NCBI GenBank assembly: GCA_963662465.1
Contig: OY759599.1
Location: 512,001-576,000 of the forward strand
From: Desulfatiglandales bacterium
Lineage (GTDB): Bacteria; Desulfobacterota; DSM-4660; Desulfatiglandales; Desulfatiglandaceae
DNA: 64,000 nt
Direction of reading: 5' to 3'
The position numbers were made by a program, and so were the translations under genes. The notes under the pieces were generated by a model. That model was given only the letters and a program-made list of their open reading frames with translations. It was not told where the DNA came from and did not search any database. Below are positions 40,213-50,640 of this stretch, piece by piece. Within the stretch, counting starts at the first letter, position 1. Each line of letters starts with the position of its first letter.

Positions 40213-41364
40213 TTGAAAGCAATCGTTTCTTCCCTATTGTTGCTGATTATTTTTCTCGGCTTTTCGTTAACAGGCCTTGCAGCGCCTGATATGGAACAGG
40301 CGCCTACTCCGCAAAAAGGAAAAAAACTGGTGGTGGGCATCGACCCGATCCCACCCTTTGCCATACGAACGGAAGAAGGTCAGTGGCATGGCATCAGCTG
40401 GGCCATCTGGCACCTTGCCGCAACCCACCTCGGTTGGACCTATGAGATAAAACGCCTTCCCCTGGAACAGATTATTCCCGCACTCTTGTCAGGCGAAATC
40501 GATATTGCGGCAACAGCCTATGGCATTACGGAAAGGCGCGAAGAAAAAGTTGACTTTACAGTGCCTTACTATTTCAGCGCCTTCGGGATTGCCACTGCGA
40601 AACCCAGAGGCATTCATGCGTGGGCGGTTCTCTTAAAAGACATTTTCTCAAGTCATATTTTGAAACCGATCTTGATTCTGACAGCCATTTTGCTGTTTGT
40701 ATCCCTTCTCTTTTGGCTTTGTGAAAGAAGGCGGGATAGCGGACAAAAAAATGTGGGGTTCTTTGAAGGGATCTGGAATGCATTCCTGTTGTCATCGGAA
40801 ACCATGACAACGGTCGGGTATGGGGAGTATGTTCCCCAAACGCATCTGGGTCGACTGGTGGCATGCATATGGATGTTTGTTTCCATTATCCTTTTGACCT
40901 ACTTTATGGCCAGTTTAACGTCTTCTCTGACCACTATTCAGCTCCGTGAAAGCCGGTATGATCTGGAGGATCTACCCCATATCAGAGTGGGATGCATGGT
41001 CCTGCCATCAAGGAGTGCGCTTTATCTTCAGAAGCACGGTATCCCCCATCAATCCTTCGACACGGTGAAGGCTGCTTTAGAGGCCCTGTGCGAAGGAAAA
41101 ATAGATGCTGTTGTGTATGACTTTTCCACATTGCAGTATCTTGTTCGTAAAGATTTTCGGGAGGAACTCACCGTGCTGCGCCAGACATTCGATCCCAAGT
41201 TTTTCGGCTTGCCGCTTCCCCCGGACAGCCCCCTGCGAAGGCCATTGAATAAGGCAATCCTGAAGGTGATGGCAATGCCCATCTGGCCCAATATCCTGGT
41301 TTCTTATATGGGAAAGGATGCCGTGCCGTCCATGCTTCCCTTTGTTGAGCAAGCCTCTGATTAG
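40213..41364 (+). CDS. GluR0-like ligand-gated K+ channel (SBP family 3 split by a 2TM pore)
   Basis: Signal peptide; S1 (PPFAI, ITERREEKVDFT); M1; pore ETMTTVGYG; M2; S2 (IDAVVYD). Start codon uncertain. Confidence 0.85.
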   Translation: MKAIVSSLLLLIIFLGFSLTGLAAPDMEQAPTPQKGKKLVVGIDPIPPFAIRTEEGQWHGISWAIWHLAATHLGWTYEIKRLPLEQIIPALLSGEIDIAATAYGITERREEKVDFTVPYYFSAFGIATAKPRGIHAWAVLLKDIFSSHILKPILILTAILLFVSLLFWLCERRRDSGQKNVGFFEGIWNAFLLSSETMTTVGYGEYVPQTHLGRLVACIWMFVSIILLTYFMASLTSSLTTIQLRESRYDLEDLPHIRVGCMVLPSRSALYLQKHGIPHQSFDTVKAALEALCEGKIDAVVYDFSTLQYLVRKDFREELTVLRQTFDPKFFGLPLPPDSPLRRPLNKAILKVMAMPIWPNILVSYMGKDAVPSMLPFVEQASD

Positions 41365-41439
41365 AACAAACCGGAAAGACTGATCCATGTCAGGTTACCG
41401 CCTTGTTTTTAACCCTTTATGGTAACACTGGAAGTATTC

Positions 41440-43407
41440 ATGACGTCATCCATAACGCATGCGCTGAAAACACTCTTTGCCTTTCTGCTCCTCGTTTGTC
41501 CGGCTTTCGCCTTTGATTATGCCAACAACATAGATTATCACACTTTCAAGACGAAGGAGTTGTCTCGCATCAACGATATTGACTACGAATTATCCGTATT
41601 CGTTGCCAAGACTGAATCTGAGAGAAAGCTGGAGACGGCTCTCAAAGATCAGCGTGCCCTTAATATCAAAAACTTCCTCAAACAGCTGATCGCAGGAAAG
41701 CTGGCGGACTATGATCTATCCGTCATGCAAGCGGAACATAAAACTTTGAAGGCTGCACACGATAAACTGGCACGGGACGAAAGTTCATTTTCACGGTCAA
41801 AATATGTTGCTTATCTGGTTTCAGACCTGAATTTACGATCGATCCAGCTCAGTATAAAATTTGTGGAGTTTGTTGATGCCATACAAAACCGGCTCGATAA
41901 TTACGATACAAAAGAGCAGTTCGATAAAACACTGGTGGATTTTCGGCAGGAACTGATTTTCAATCCCCGTCTGTATGAGATGGTTTATGAGGACATCCTG
42001 AACCTTGGCTATCGCAAAGGTTCGGAATCACTTATCTATCTGAAAGCGTACGACAAGTTGCTGGATGAACTGGATGTTTACAATGCCATGCTCATGTTTA
42101 TCCACAAATACGTTGAAGAAGTTTTGAAGACCGACTCGATCATCGATTACCTCAGGATTAATAACATGGTGACCGCCATCAACCGGCATTTCGGCCGAAC
42201 AGATGCAGGTCGCATCATCAAAAAACGCCTGAACATCAGCATTGGTCAGGTAGCGGCCTCAGTGCTTGTCTTCATCCTGTTTTATGCATTCTATGTTGCC
42301 ATATTTAAAATCATTGAATTCATTATAAAAGCGCTCAACAACGGTATCAATAAACAACAGGAACTCAAGGATCGGGAAAAACAAATCCTTCGTTTTCTCG
42401 AACTCATTCACAAGGCCCTTTCCCGTCCGATCAAAGTTTTTCTGATATCCTTTGCCTTCGATATCGTTCAGCGGTTGATCTTCATCACTTCGGCCAGAAA
42501 CGAGGGCCTTGTTTACATCTTTGAAAGCCTCTACAGCCTTATCGCCGTATGGGCTTTATTTCGCATGGTTGATTATTTTGTTTTCTACTACAGCGATTTC
42601 TTTCTCAAGAGATACCCCACCATGCGCAAAGAGATTATTAACTTCTTTTTATTCCTGTCAAAATTTCTCATCCTTATAACCGCGGTACTCGTTATCCTGG
42701 ACAATATGGGCGTCAATATCAGCGGAATTCTCGCATCACTCGGCATTGGAGGCCTGGCCATTGCCCTGGCCGCCCGTGAGTCCCTGACCAATGTATTCGG
42801 TTCCATCCAGATTATTTTAGACAATGCATTCAGTCAGGGTCAGTGGATTGTGACGGATAAATATCAGGGCACCGTGGTGGAAATCGGACTTCGCTCGACC
42901 CGCATTCGAACTTTTGATAATGCCATGGTCTTTGCCCCCAATGGATACCTGGCCAATACCGAAGTCAAGAATTGGAACAAACGACAACTGGGTCGCCGCA
43001 TAAAGATGTCCATCGGGGTCCCTTATGATTCCAGGATGACCGATGTCATTAATGCGGTCGACGATATTCGCGCCATGCTCATAGACCATGAGGGTATTGC
43101 CGACGATAAAACGGAATATGAGCTGAGCAGCGAGGTGATGGCGCGTGTACTGCAGAAAGAAGACCAATTCGGCGTTCGTAAAACCCTGCTGGTTTACCTG
43201 AACGACTATGGGGACAGCGCCATGAACATACTGGTCTACTGTTTCAGTAAGTCCATAGACTGGGAGGAATGGCTTCGGGTCAAACAGGACGTCATGGTTC
43301 GAATCTCGGAAATTTTAACAAAGAACAATCTTTCTTTTGCCTTCCCGTCCCGAACCATTTATCTGGCGAATGAATCTAAAGCGGCAAGCCGCGGTTTTAA
43401 GTTTTAG
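41440..43407 (+). CDS. MscS family mechanosensitive channel with large N-terminal periplasmic domain
   Basis: ILASLGIGGLAIALAA, GTVVEIGLRSTRIRTFD and FAFPS. Confidence 0.92.
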   Translation: MTSSITHALKTLFAFLLLVCPAFAFDYANNIDYHTFKTKELSRINDIDYELSVFVAKTESERKLETALKDQRALNIKNFLKQLIAGKLADYDLSVMQAEHKTLKAAHDKLARDESSFSRSKYVAYLVSDLNLRSIQLSIKFVEFVDAIQNRLDNYDTKEQFDKTLVDFRQELIFNPRLYEMVYEDILNLGYRKGSESLIYLKAYDKLLDELDVYNAMLMFIHKYVEEVLKTDSIIDYLRINNMVTAINRHFGRTDAGRIIKKRLNISIGQVAASVLVFILFYAFYVAIFKIIEFIIKALNNGINKQQELKDREKQILRFLELIHKALSRPIKVFLISFAFDIVQRLIFITSARNEGLVYIFESLYSLIAVWALFRMVDYFVFYYSDFFLKRYPTMRKEIINFFLFLSKFLILITAVLVILDNMGVNISGILASLGIGGLAIALAARESLTNVFGSIQIILDNAFSQGQWIVTDKYQGTVVEIGLRSTRIRTFDNAMVFAPNGYLANTEVKNWNKRQLGRRIKMSIGVPYDSRMTDVINAVDDIRAMLIDHEGIADDKTEYELSSEVMARVLQKEDQFGVRKTLLVYLNDYGDSAMNILVYCFSKSIDWEEWLRVKQDVMVRISEILTKNNLSFAFPSRTIYLANESKAASRGFKF

Positions 43408-43427
43408 GTTTTAAGTTTTGAGTTTTT
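43375..43427. repeat. Dispersed hairpin + GTTTTAA heptamer element
   Basis: TCTAAAGCGGCAAGCCGCG followed by about four GTTTTAA/GTTTTAG/GTTTTGA units. Confidence 0.8.
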
Positions 43428-43508
43428 CCGGCAATGAATTTATTGTTTTTTGTGACAGGTTTTTTGGAAATAAGGCCTAAAGGATTGAGAAATCCGTGCC
43501 CCGCGTGA

Positions 43509-43919
43509 TCACGTCTGGAATACCCAATTTTCGCACTTGAGGTTTGGAATTCTTGAGAATTCGTTGATGTTGTTTGTGATAATCGTTAAATCCAGACTCA
43601 AAGCGTGAGCGGCTATCAGCGTGTCAAGAGGGCCGATTCTCTTACCCTTGGATTCCAGAAATGCCCTTATTTTTCCGTAACGTTCAACCAACCTTTTGCC
43701 ATGAAACGGCAGGATTGTCAGCGGCAGCAGAAACTCATCAAGCGCCTCTTGATTTTTGCTCTTGTGGGTGCTTTTCGCAATGCCGTATTGAAGTTCCGCG
43801 TGTGTTATGGCGGAAATCGCGAAATCGTGAATGGGGTACTGTTCGAATTTCCTCAAAACCATTTTTGGTTTTTCATTGATGATGTATATGCAGATATTGG
43901 TATCCAAAAGGTATTTCAT
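43509..43919 (-). CDS. vapC: VapC PIN-domain toxin
   Basis: YLLDTNICI, ELQYG, DTLIAAHA and TNN..EF. Confidence 0.95.
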   Translation of the reverse strand: MKYLLDTNICIYIINEKPKMVLRKFEQYPIHDFAISAITHAELQYGIAKSTHKSKNQEALDEFLLPLTILPFHGKRLVERYGKIRAFLESKGKRIGPLDTLIAAHALSLDLTIITNNINEFSRIPNLKCENWVFQT

Positions 43920-44152
43920 TGGAACATGGGCTCCCGCTGCTGTTCTTCTACCGGCTGATTTCGCGTTATCTTAAAATCCTTTTCAAAGTGATTCAGGCTT
44001 TCAAAGAGAGGCGCCCATGATTTTTCTTTTGGCAATAAGACGATTGTTTGCCCCTGTTTTTTGATATAGACCTCAGTACCCGGCATTCTAAATTCCTTTG
44101 GCAACCTGACGGCCTGGCTTTGCCCATTTTTAAACAATTTCGCGGTTTTCAT
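43916..44152 (-). CDS. vapB: VapB antitoxin (AbrB-type)
   Basis: AKLFKNGQSQAVRLPKEFR. Confidence 0.93.
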   Translation of the reverse strand: MKTAKLFKNGQSQAVRLPKEFRMPGTEVYIKKQGQTIVLLPKEKSWAPLFESLNHFEKDFKITRNQPVEEQQREPMFQ

Positions 44153-44175
44153 GATGATGCCCTCCCGACCCAAAG

Positions 44176-44215
44176 ATATATACTGTCAGTATATATTTTC
44201 AGGGTAAGTTGTCAA
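44176..44215 (-). promoter_or_regulatory. vapBC promoter with palindromic operator
   Basis: Minus-strand TTGACA-16 nt-TATACT; perfect palindrome ATATATACTG-t-CAGTATATAT (44176-44196) overlaps the -10. Confidence 0.75.
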
Positions 44216-44275
44216 GGGGAAAGAATCCCCCCGGATACCCGGCATAAGATCGATTGCAAACAACACTTCCGGCTA

Positions 44276-45574
44276 TCAATTTGTATCGTATCGACTGAGC
44301 AAAAGAGAAGCGTTCTGGCCTCCGAAGCCGAAGCTGTTGCTGATGGCATTTTTGATTTCCCTGGGAATGGGTTTTTGGGGGACATAAAAAAGATCGCAGT
44401 CTTCTCCAGGGGTTTCCAGGTTGATGGTGGCGTGAATTTTACGGTTTTCAATCATGAGGGCTGTGGCGATGGTTTCAATGCCGCCGGAAGCGCCGATCAG
44501 GTGTCCCGTCATGGATTTGGTGGAGCTGATGGGGACGGTGTCTGCGGTTTTACCAAGGGCCTTTTTGATGGCCAGGGTCTCGGCGGGATCATTCAGGGAG
44601 GTGGAGGTGCCGTGGGCATTGATGTAATCGATCTCCTTGGGAACCACCCCTGCTCTTTTCATGGCGTCCATCATGGCCTTGGCCTGCATTTCAGGCTCGG
44701 GGTCGGGGGCGGCAATGTGGTAGGCATCGGATGTGGCGCCGTAGCCCGATAATTCACAATAAATGTGAGCCCCCCGGTCAAGGGCATGGGACAGTTCTTC
44801 TAAAATGATGATCCCTGATCCTTCACCCATGACAAAACCGTCCCGGTCCCTGTCAAAGGGCCTGGAAGCTTTTTCAGGGTCGTCATTCCTCTTGCTCATG
44901 GCGTTCATGCTCACGAATCCCCCGAATACGAAGGGGGTGATGCACGCATCGGCGCCGCCGGTGACCATGATTTTTTCTTCACCCAGAAGAATCTGCTTAT
45001 AGGCTTCAATGATGGCATGGTTGGCGGATGCGCAGGCTGTGGAGACGCTGCAAGCGATCCCTTTGATGCCGAATGCTATGGTCACATTGACCGGTACGGA
45101 GCATATCTGCACATGGGGCAGGGCAAAGGGGGAAACCCTTTTGGGCCCATTGTATTTGAGAAATTGCCGGTACCATTTTTCGCACAGATCCATGTTTTGG
45201 GCGCCGATGCCGAGGATGACCCCCATGCCGGCAGGATCCATGTCTTTAACCGCATAGGTTCGACGTCCTTTTTCCCCTTCGATGTCGTCAAGTGAAAAGC
45301 CGGCGTCTTCCAGGGCCAGCCTGGTGGCGGCCATGGCGAATTCGGAAGTTCTCCCCAGATACCTGAAGTCTTTGTTTCGGTGCATGAAATCGGTCAGGGA
45401 AAATCCGTCAATGGGGCAGGCGACCCGGGATGGATATTGAGCCATATCCCATCCTTCAAACTGAATCTTTTGGGCGCCCGATTTGCCCGCCATGAGAGAT
45501 CCCCAGTAGGCTTCTTTGCCGATGCCGATGGGCGTTACAGGTCCTAAGCCCGTGATGACCGCTCTTTTTCGCAT
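44276..45574 (-). CDS. fabF: Beta-ketoacyl-ACP synthase II
   Basis: STACAS, SRPFDRDRDGFVMGEG, INAHGTST, KSMTGH and NSFGFGG. Confidence 0.93.
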   Translation of the reverse strand: MRKRAVITGLGPVTPIGIGKEAYWGSLMAGKSGAQKIQFEGWDMAQYPSRVACPIDGFSLTDFMHRNKDFRYLGRTSEFAMAATRLALEDAGFSLDDIEGEKGRRTYAVKDMDPAGMGVILGIGAQNMDLCEKWYRQFLKYNGPKRVSPFALPHVQICSVPVNVTIAFGIKGIACSVSTACASANHAIIEAYKQILLGEEKIMVTGGADACITPFVFGGFVSMNAMSKRNDDPEKASRPFDRDRDGFVMGEGSGIIILEELSHALDRGAHIYCELSGYGATSDAYHIAAPDPEPEMQAKAMMDAMKRAGVVPKEIDYINAHGTSTSLNDPAETLAIKKALGKTADTVPISSTKSMTGHLIGASGGIETIATALMIENRKIHATINLETPGEDCDLFYVPQKPIPREIKNAISNSFGFGGQNASLLLSRYDTN

Positions 45575-45669
45575 GCGTTGTTCCTTTCTCTTGATAATTC
45601 AAGATGCTGCACTGGATCGGCTATAACAGAAGATGGGTCCAGGGTCAAATGATTGGTTTGCAAGATAGA

Positions 45670-48600
45670 TTATTTTTGATGTTCGATCCCGAGGTTGTCC
45701 GTCAGAAGTTTCAGATGGGACAGGGCCTTTTCAAAGTCAAAATCGTTCAGGCTTTTTTCAAGGGATTCAATCGGGCCATGAAAGCCTGTGTTTTGGAGCT
45801 GTCCTTTCAGTTTTTCCAGAACTCTGTCCGCATCCAGGCTGGATTCTTCCAGCAGGGCCTTCAGTTCCCCAATGAGCAGCGCTGTTTTTTCCAGGTTGGG
45901 CCTTCGGGATGTGTCGGGTGTTGGTGCAATCGATTCATCCGGGGGCGGCGCTTTCGGGGCCATGCGGTGGATGGCTGTCAGTGTGGCTTCCAAATATTGA
46001 TGAAACCGGGTCAACTCATCCTCAATCAGGGGGCGATGGCCGTTTTTGACGGACTTCTCAAGCAACTGGGCAGCCTTGTTCAGGTCGTTGGCGCCGAGAT
46101 TGCCCGCGGTCCCCTTGATGCCGTGGATGAGGCTCCCCATTTCTTCCAGGTCATTTTTATCCAGGAGTCCCCTGAGTGTAGCGTGTGCCGGGCCGACCTG
46201 TCGGGCAAAATCCTGAAGGAGCTTTTCGTACAAGACCTGGTTTCCGGCAACCCGGGCCAGCCCTTCCGACAAATTTATTTCCGGCAGGGGTGAATCCTTA
46301 TTCGTTAGGTCATGGTCGGGGAGATGGACGACATTTTCTTTTTGAATCGGCCGGGGAGGCGGTGTTCTTCCTGCCACGGGCTGAATCCATTTGACCAGGA
46401 CGGCGAAGAGTTTCTCCGGGTCGATGGGTTTGGTCACATGGTCGTTCATGCCCGCTTCCAGGCTTTTTTCCCGGTCTCCCGCCAGGGCCTGGGCTGTCAT
46501 GGCAACGACGGGCAGGTTTTTATGGGCGGGATTTTTTCGAATTTGAGCAGTGGCTTCATAGCCGTCCATGACGGGCATGTGAATATCCGTTAGTACCAGA
46601 TCAAAGGCCGATTGTTCCACCGCCGAAACCGCCTCCTGTCCATTATTGACCACCTGAACCGAAAGCCCCTGTTGCTCCAGCAACTCCCGGGCCACCTGCT
46701 GGTTGATCTCATTGTCTTCCGCCAGGAGAATCCTGGCCCCCCGAATGTTTGAAAGGGCTTTTTGCAGGGCGGATTCAACCCTTTTCTCTCGTGGCCGTTT
46801 GGCCGGTTCCCGGCCGAATATTTCCATGATGGCGTCAAAAAGAAGGGAAGGATTCAAGGGTTTGAATAAAAAGGCGTCGAGGCCTGCTTCCCTCGCTTCC
46901 CTTATCACTTCTTCCCGGCTGTAGGCGGTGACCAGGATCATTTTGGGAACGATATTCAGTGAAAGATTCTGGATGCGGCGGGCGCATTGGATTCCGGTCA
47001 TGCCGCCCATTTTCCAATCCAGCAGCACGAGTTCGAAGGGCTTTTCCGTTTTCTGGTCGGCCTTTTGGATGGCTTCCAGGGCCATTTCCGCGGAATCCAC
47101 GGTTTGGACTTCAAAACCGAAGGAAAGCAGGAGTGTTTCCATGATCTTGCGGGCGGCAAAGTTGTCATCCGCCGCCAGAACCCGTTTTCCCCGTATTTCC
47201 GGGTCAAGCATCGGTTTCCAGGGGGATTTGTCCGGATGAAGTCCGAATCGGGCGGTAAAGAAAAAAGTGCTGCCTTTCCCGGGTTCGCTTTCCACCCCGA
47301 TGTCGCCCCCCATCATGCCCACCAGTTTTCTGGAGATGCTCAGCCCCAGCCCCGTGCCCCCGTATTTCCGCGTGGTGCCGCGATCCGCCTGGGTAAAGGG
47401 TTGAAAGAGACCCTCCGTCTGATCCCGGGACAGGCCGATGCCGGTATCCCGAACGGAAAACCGGAGGGTGACATGACTTTCATCTTCTTCCATAAGCCCA
47501 ACGGTCACGATGACTTCTCCGTGGTCGGTGAATTTGACCGCATTGTTGGCCAGGTTGATCAACACCTGCCCCAGCCGCAGGGGATCGCCCACCAGGTTGG
47601 CGGGCGCCAGGGGATCTGCGTCAAAGAGGAATTCAAGCCCCTTTTCTTCGGCTTTCAGGCTGATCAGGCTGCTCAGGTTGTCCAGCACGTCCTCCAGCCG
47701 AAAATCCACCTGTTCCATGGCCAGTTTGCCGGCTTCGATTTTGGAGAAGTCCAGCACGTCGTTGATGATGCCCAAAAGGGTATTGGCGGATCTTTGAATC
47801 TTCCCCAGGTAATCCGCCTGCTTGGCACTGAGGTCGGTTTTGAGGGCCAGGTGGCTCAAGCCGATGATGGCGTTCATGGGCGTTCGAATTTCATGGCTCA
47901 TGTTGGCCAGAAAGTCGCTCTTGAAACGGCTCACCTCATCCGCCTTCAATTTTTCCAGTTTCAATGTTCGCCCCCTGGAAATGGCGCGTTTCAGGTCCAG
48001 CAGGGCCAGCAGGATAAAAACGGCGCACAGGTTTAGCAGAGGCATGAGAGGCGAAAAGAACAGGCTTCGATTGGTGAAAAGCCATAACGTTCCCCACCAG
48101 ATGCCGACCCCCAGGAGCAATAGCCCCAGAAACCCCCAGAGGGGTTTGCCCGGCAGCAGCAGCATCCAGGCCAGGAGTCCGGTTGCCCCCATGAGGATCA
48201 ACTGCAATCCCCATTTCCAGGGGGCCGGCTCGATGAACTGTTCCGAAAGGATGTTGTCGGCGATGGCGGCCTGAACCAGTACGCCCGGAAAACCCGATTG
48301 AATGGGGGTGATGTGCGTATCCCCGATGCCGGCGGCCGTGGTGCCCACAAACACAATTTTTCCCTGGAGCTGTTCCATGGGAATGCGGTCTTCCAGGATA
48401 TCGGCGGCGGAGATATGCGCAAAGGCGTCCATTTCGGCCCTGTATTTAATCCACAGGTGTCCCGAAGGGTCCAGGGGAATCATCCGCCTGCCCATTCGCA
48501 GAGACAGGGTTCCGTCCTGGGTGACTTTAATCAGCACCTGGTCCGATTTTTCGGCATACATCAGGGTCGCCAGGGCCAGGCTTGGGTAAATGCCGTCCCG

Positions 48601-49302
48601 GTAGCTGACCAGCAGGGGGCTTCTTCTGATGACGCCGTCTTTATCCACAAGGGTGTTGATAAATCCGGCGTTGTTTGCGGCATTCCCCAGGATTTTCAGA
48701 CTGCAAAGCGCCCCTTGGGCGTTGATCAGATGGTGGGAAGGGGCCCAGCCCCCTCCAGGCGACTTGATGGCGGTTTTCAAGGGATAAAGGGTGCAGGTGT
48801 TTTCCGGTAAATCGTCTTTCTGAAACAGAAATGCATATCCCATTACATACGGACCCTGAGCTAGAATTCGAGCCAGGAGGCGGTCATTGTCCTTGAGGTC
48901 GTCGGGTAGGCCCGTGATCTTTGCCTGAACGTGAAGGTCCCGCTGCAATTGTTCCTCCAGGATTTTGGGGGATGTGCGATCCGGTTCAGGAAACAGCATG
49001 TCAAGTCCGATAGCCAGGGCCCCCAGACGCTTGATTTTTTCCAAAAGCAGCGCCACGCGGTATCTTGGCCAGGGCCACTGCCCGAATGTGAGAATTGCTT
49101 TTTCATCCAGCGTGACAATGACCGGCAGCGTTGGGGTCTTTGGAATCGGGACGGATCGCAGGAAGTGATCGTAGATTTTGAATTCAATGAACTTCAGGGC
49201 GTTGGGTTGCGTAACAGCCGTGCCGGCCAGGATCATGGTGACGCAGAGGGCAAGAACAAGCCCCCTGCCGCGAAATCCGAAAATGGGTTTTGCTTCCGGC
49301 AC
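45670..49302 (-). CDS. CHASE2-HisKA-HATPase-REC-REC-HPt hybrid sensor kinase
   Basis: CHASE2 (GQWPWPR, D.LF.EPD, DGVIRR, PGV), three TM segments, [19 protein letters not shown], two receivers and HPt HGIKG; likely GTG start at 49302. Confidence 0.93.
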   Translation of the reverse strand: MPEAKPIFGFRGRGLVLALCVTMILAGTAVTQPNALKFIEFKIYDHFLRSVPIPKTPTLPVIVTLDEKAILTFGQWPWPRYRVALLLEKIKRLGALAIGLDMLFPEPDRTSPKILEEQLQRDLHVQAKITGLPDDLKDNDRLLARILAQGPYVMGYAFLFQKDDLPENTCTLYPLKTAIKSPGGGWAPSHHLINAQGALCSLKILGNAANNAGFINTLVDKDGVIRRSPLLVSYRDGIYPSLALATLMYAEKSDQVLIKVTQDGTLSLRMGRRMIPLDPSGHLWIKYRAEMDAFAHISAADILEDRIPMEQLQGKIVFVGTTAAGIGDTHITPIQSGFPGVLVQAAIADNILSEQFIEPAPWKWGLQLILMGATGLLAWMLLLPGKPLWGFLGLLLLGVGIWWGTLWLFTNRSLFFSPLMPLLNLCAVFILLALLDLKRAISRGRTLKLEKLKADEVSRFKSDFLANMSHEIRTPMNAIIGLSHLALKTDLSAKQADYLGKIQRSANTLLGIINDVLDFSKIEAGKLAMEQVDFRLEDVLDNLSSLISLKAEEKGLEFLFDADPLAPANLVGDPLRLGQVLINLANNAVKFTDHGEVIVTVGLMEEDESHVTLRFSVRDTGIGLSRDQTEGLFQPFTQADRGTTRKYGGTGLGLSISRKLVGMMGGDIGVESEPGKGSTFFFTARFGLHPDKSPWKPMLDPEIRGKRVLAADDNFAARKIMETLLLSFGFEVQTVDSAEMALEAIQKADQKTEKPFELVLLDWKMGGMTGIQCARRIQNLSLNIVPKMILVTAYSREEVIREAREAGLDAFLFKPLNPSLLFDAIMEIFGREPAKRPREKRVESALQKALSNIRGARILLAEDNEINQQVARELLEQQGLSVQVVNNGQEAVSAVEQSAFDLVLTDIHMPVMDGYEATAQIRKNPAHKNLPVVAMTAQALAGDREKSLEAGMNDHVTKPIDPEKLFAVLVKWIQPVAGRTPPPRPIQKENVVHLPDHDLTNKDSPLPEINLSEGLARVAGNQVLYEKLLQDFARQVGPAHATLRGLLDKNDLEEMGSLIHGIKGTAGNLGANDLNKAAQLLEKSVKNGHRPLIEDELTRFHQYLEATLTAIHRMAPKAPPPDESIAPTPDTSRRPNLEKTALLIGELKALLEESSLDADRVLEKLKGQLQNTGFHGPIESLEKSLNDFDFEKALSHLKLLTDNLGIEHQK

Positions 49303-49321
49303 GTCATTCCTTTCGCCCCTG

Positions 49322-49933
49322 CTATCTGACGGTGACATCCACTCGGCGGTTTTGAGGTTCCGCCACTTCGTCCGCCGTGGGAACCAACGGGTTGCTTTCA
49401 CCGTGGGCCGCGACAAATATGATCTTCGGGTCAACGCCCTGGGAAACCAGCAGATCTTTGATGGAAACGGCTCGATTCCGGGAAAGACGAAGGTTTAGGC
49501 TTTCAGCGCCCACCCGGTCCGTGTGTCCCACCACACTGATGTCTTTTGATTTTCTGGCGGTGATGGCGGCCAGGATATCCGGGATCAGTTTTTCCGATGA
49601 AGGGGTCAACTGGTCCGTGCCGCTTTTAAAATGGAGGCTGAAGGTGACCGGCAATCCCGGATCCGCCGCCAGGGCCATGCCGAATTTATTTTCAATGGTT
49701 TCCCGATCCATTTTTTCGGGTTTCCCGGGCGGTTCCTCGGTCGAGGAGATCTGCACCGCATATTCCGCCTGGCGGATCACCTGGGTTCCCTTGTCGGTGG
49801 CCACGGTGATTTCGCCAACGGTTCCATTGGGATCGGGCAGGAGAACAAAGGTGTTCTTTTTGGCGCATCCGGTTGTGGAAAACAGCCAGATCAGGATCAA
49901 AGCAAAGAAAGCAGTGGAAAGAATGTTCCGCAT
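49322..49933 (-). CDS. OmpA-family peptidoglycan-binding lipoprotein
   Basis: Lipobox STTGC; VGHTD, N..LS..RA and NRRV. Confidence 0.92.
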   Translation of the reverse strand: MRNILSTAFFALILIWLFSTTGCAKKNTFVLLPDPNGTVGEITVATDKGTQVIRQAEYAVQISSTEEPPGKPEKMDRETIENKFGMALAADPGLPVTFSLHFKSGTDQLTPSSEKLIPDILAAITARKSKDISVVGHTDRVGAESLNLRLSRNRAVSIKDLLVSQGVDPKIIFVAAHGESNPLVPTADEVAEPQNRRVDVTVR

Positions 49934-49948
49934 GATGATTTCTCCTAA

Positions 49949-50386
49949 TTATTCAACCTCTACCAGGAATCGGGTGCCGCGAATGCCCAATACGGCCAGG
50001 GGCGTTTTCACACGGGTGGCGCCGGGGGAGAGTTTACCGATTTGGCCGGAGAGATAGGCTGCGGTTCCCTTTGAAATTTTCGACACAAAGGAGAGCTTTC
50101 CCTCGCCCGGGGAAAACAGGAAATCGTCAATGGTGATCCTTGTGTCGGGTCCCATGGAGAGGGTGCTGTCATCCCTGAAAATGACTCCCATGCTCGCTTG
50201 GGGTCCTGTCTGAAGGATGTCCTTTGCATGGATTTTAACGCCTTCCACCGCTGGGATGATTTGGTTGTCCCGTTCGATGGAGGCTTTTCCGGTGATATTC
50301 TTGATGACGCCCGCCGGTTCCATGGCCGAAAGGAGCGGGGTGAAAAGAAAAAGAAACAAGACAAAAAAAAGGACAATTGTTTTCAT
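49949..50386 (-). CDS. Secreted FecR-domain protein
   Basis: Signal peptide; D.LQTG, F.D.S.L.MGP and KTPLAVLGIRGT. Confidence 0.88.
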   Translation of the reverse strand: MKTIVLFFVLFLFLFTPLLSAMEPAGVIKNITGKASIERDNQIIPAVEGVKIHAKDILQTGPQASMGVIFRDDSTLSMGPDTRITIDDFLFSPGEGKLSFVSKISKGTAAYLSGQIGKLSPGATRVKTPLAVLGIRGTRFLVEVE

Positions 50387-50640
50387 TATCGTTCCCCCAG
50401 TTGAAGATTTTCCCTTTTTCAAAGGATGTTCAATGTGTGAATCAGCATTAATGATGCATAAAGGCAATCTTAGAAGAAAAGATCATTTTCCGTCAAGTTG
50501 AATAATGCCGGAATTTGCGGGATCTTTCTTCAAATCCTTGTAACCCATCCCCGATTCTGTTAATTTCTTTGTGAATAACCACAGGGTATCTGTTCCCTCA
50601 ATAATCAACCCATCAGACTTCCACCCTAAGGAGGCGTTTA

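Noticed and set aside
46987..48036. 349-aa plus-strand ORF and similar long antisense ORFs (e.g. 3466-4287, 33287-34201, 59855-60817)
   Set aside because: Antisense shadows of well-supported GC-rich genes with no recognisable motifs.
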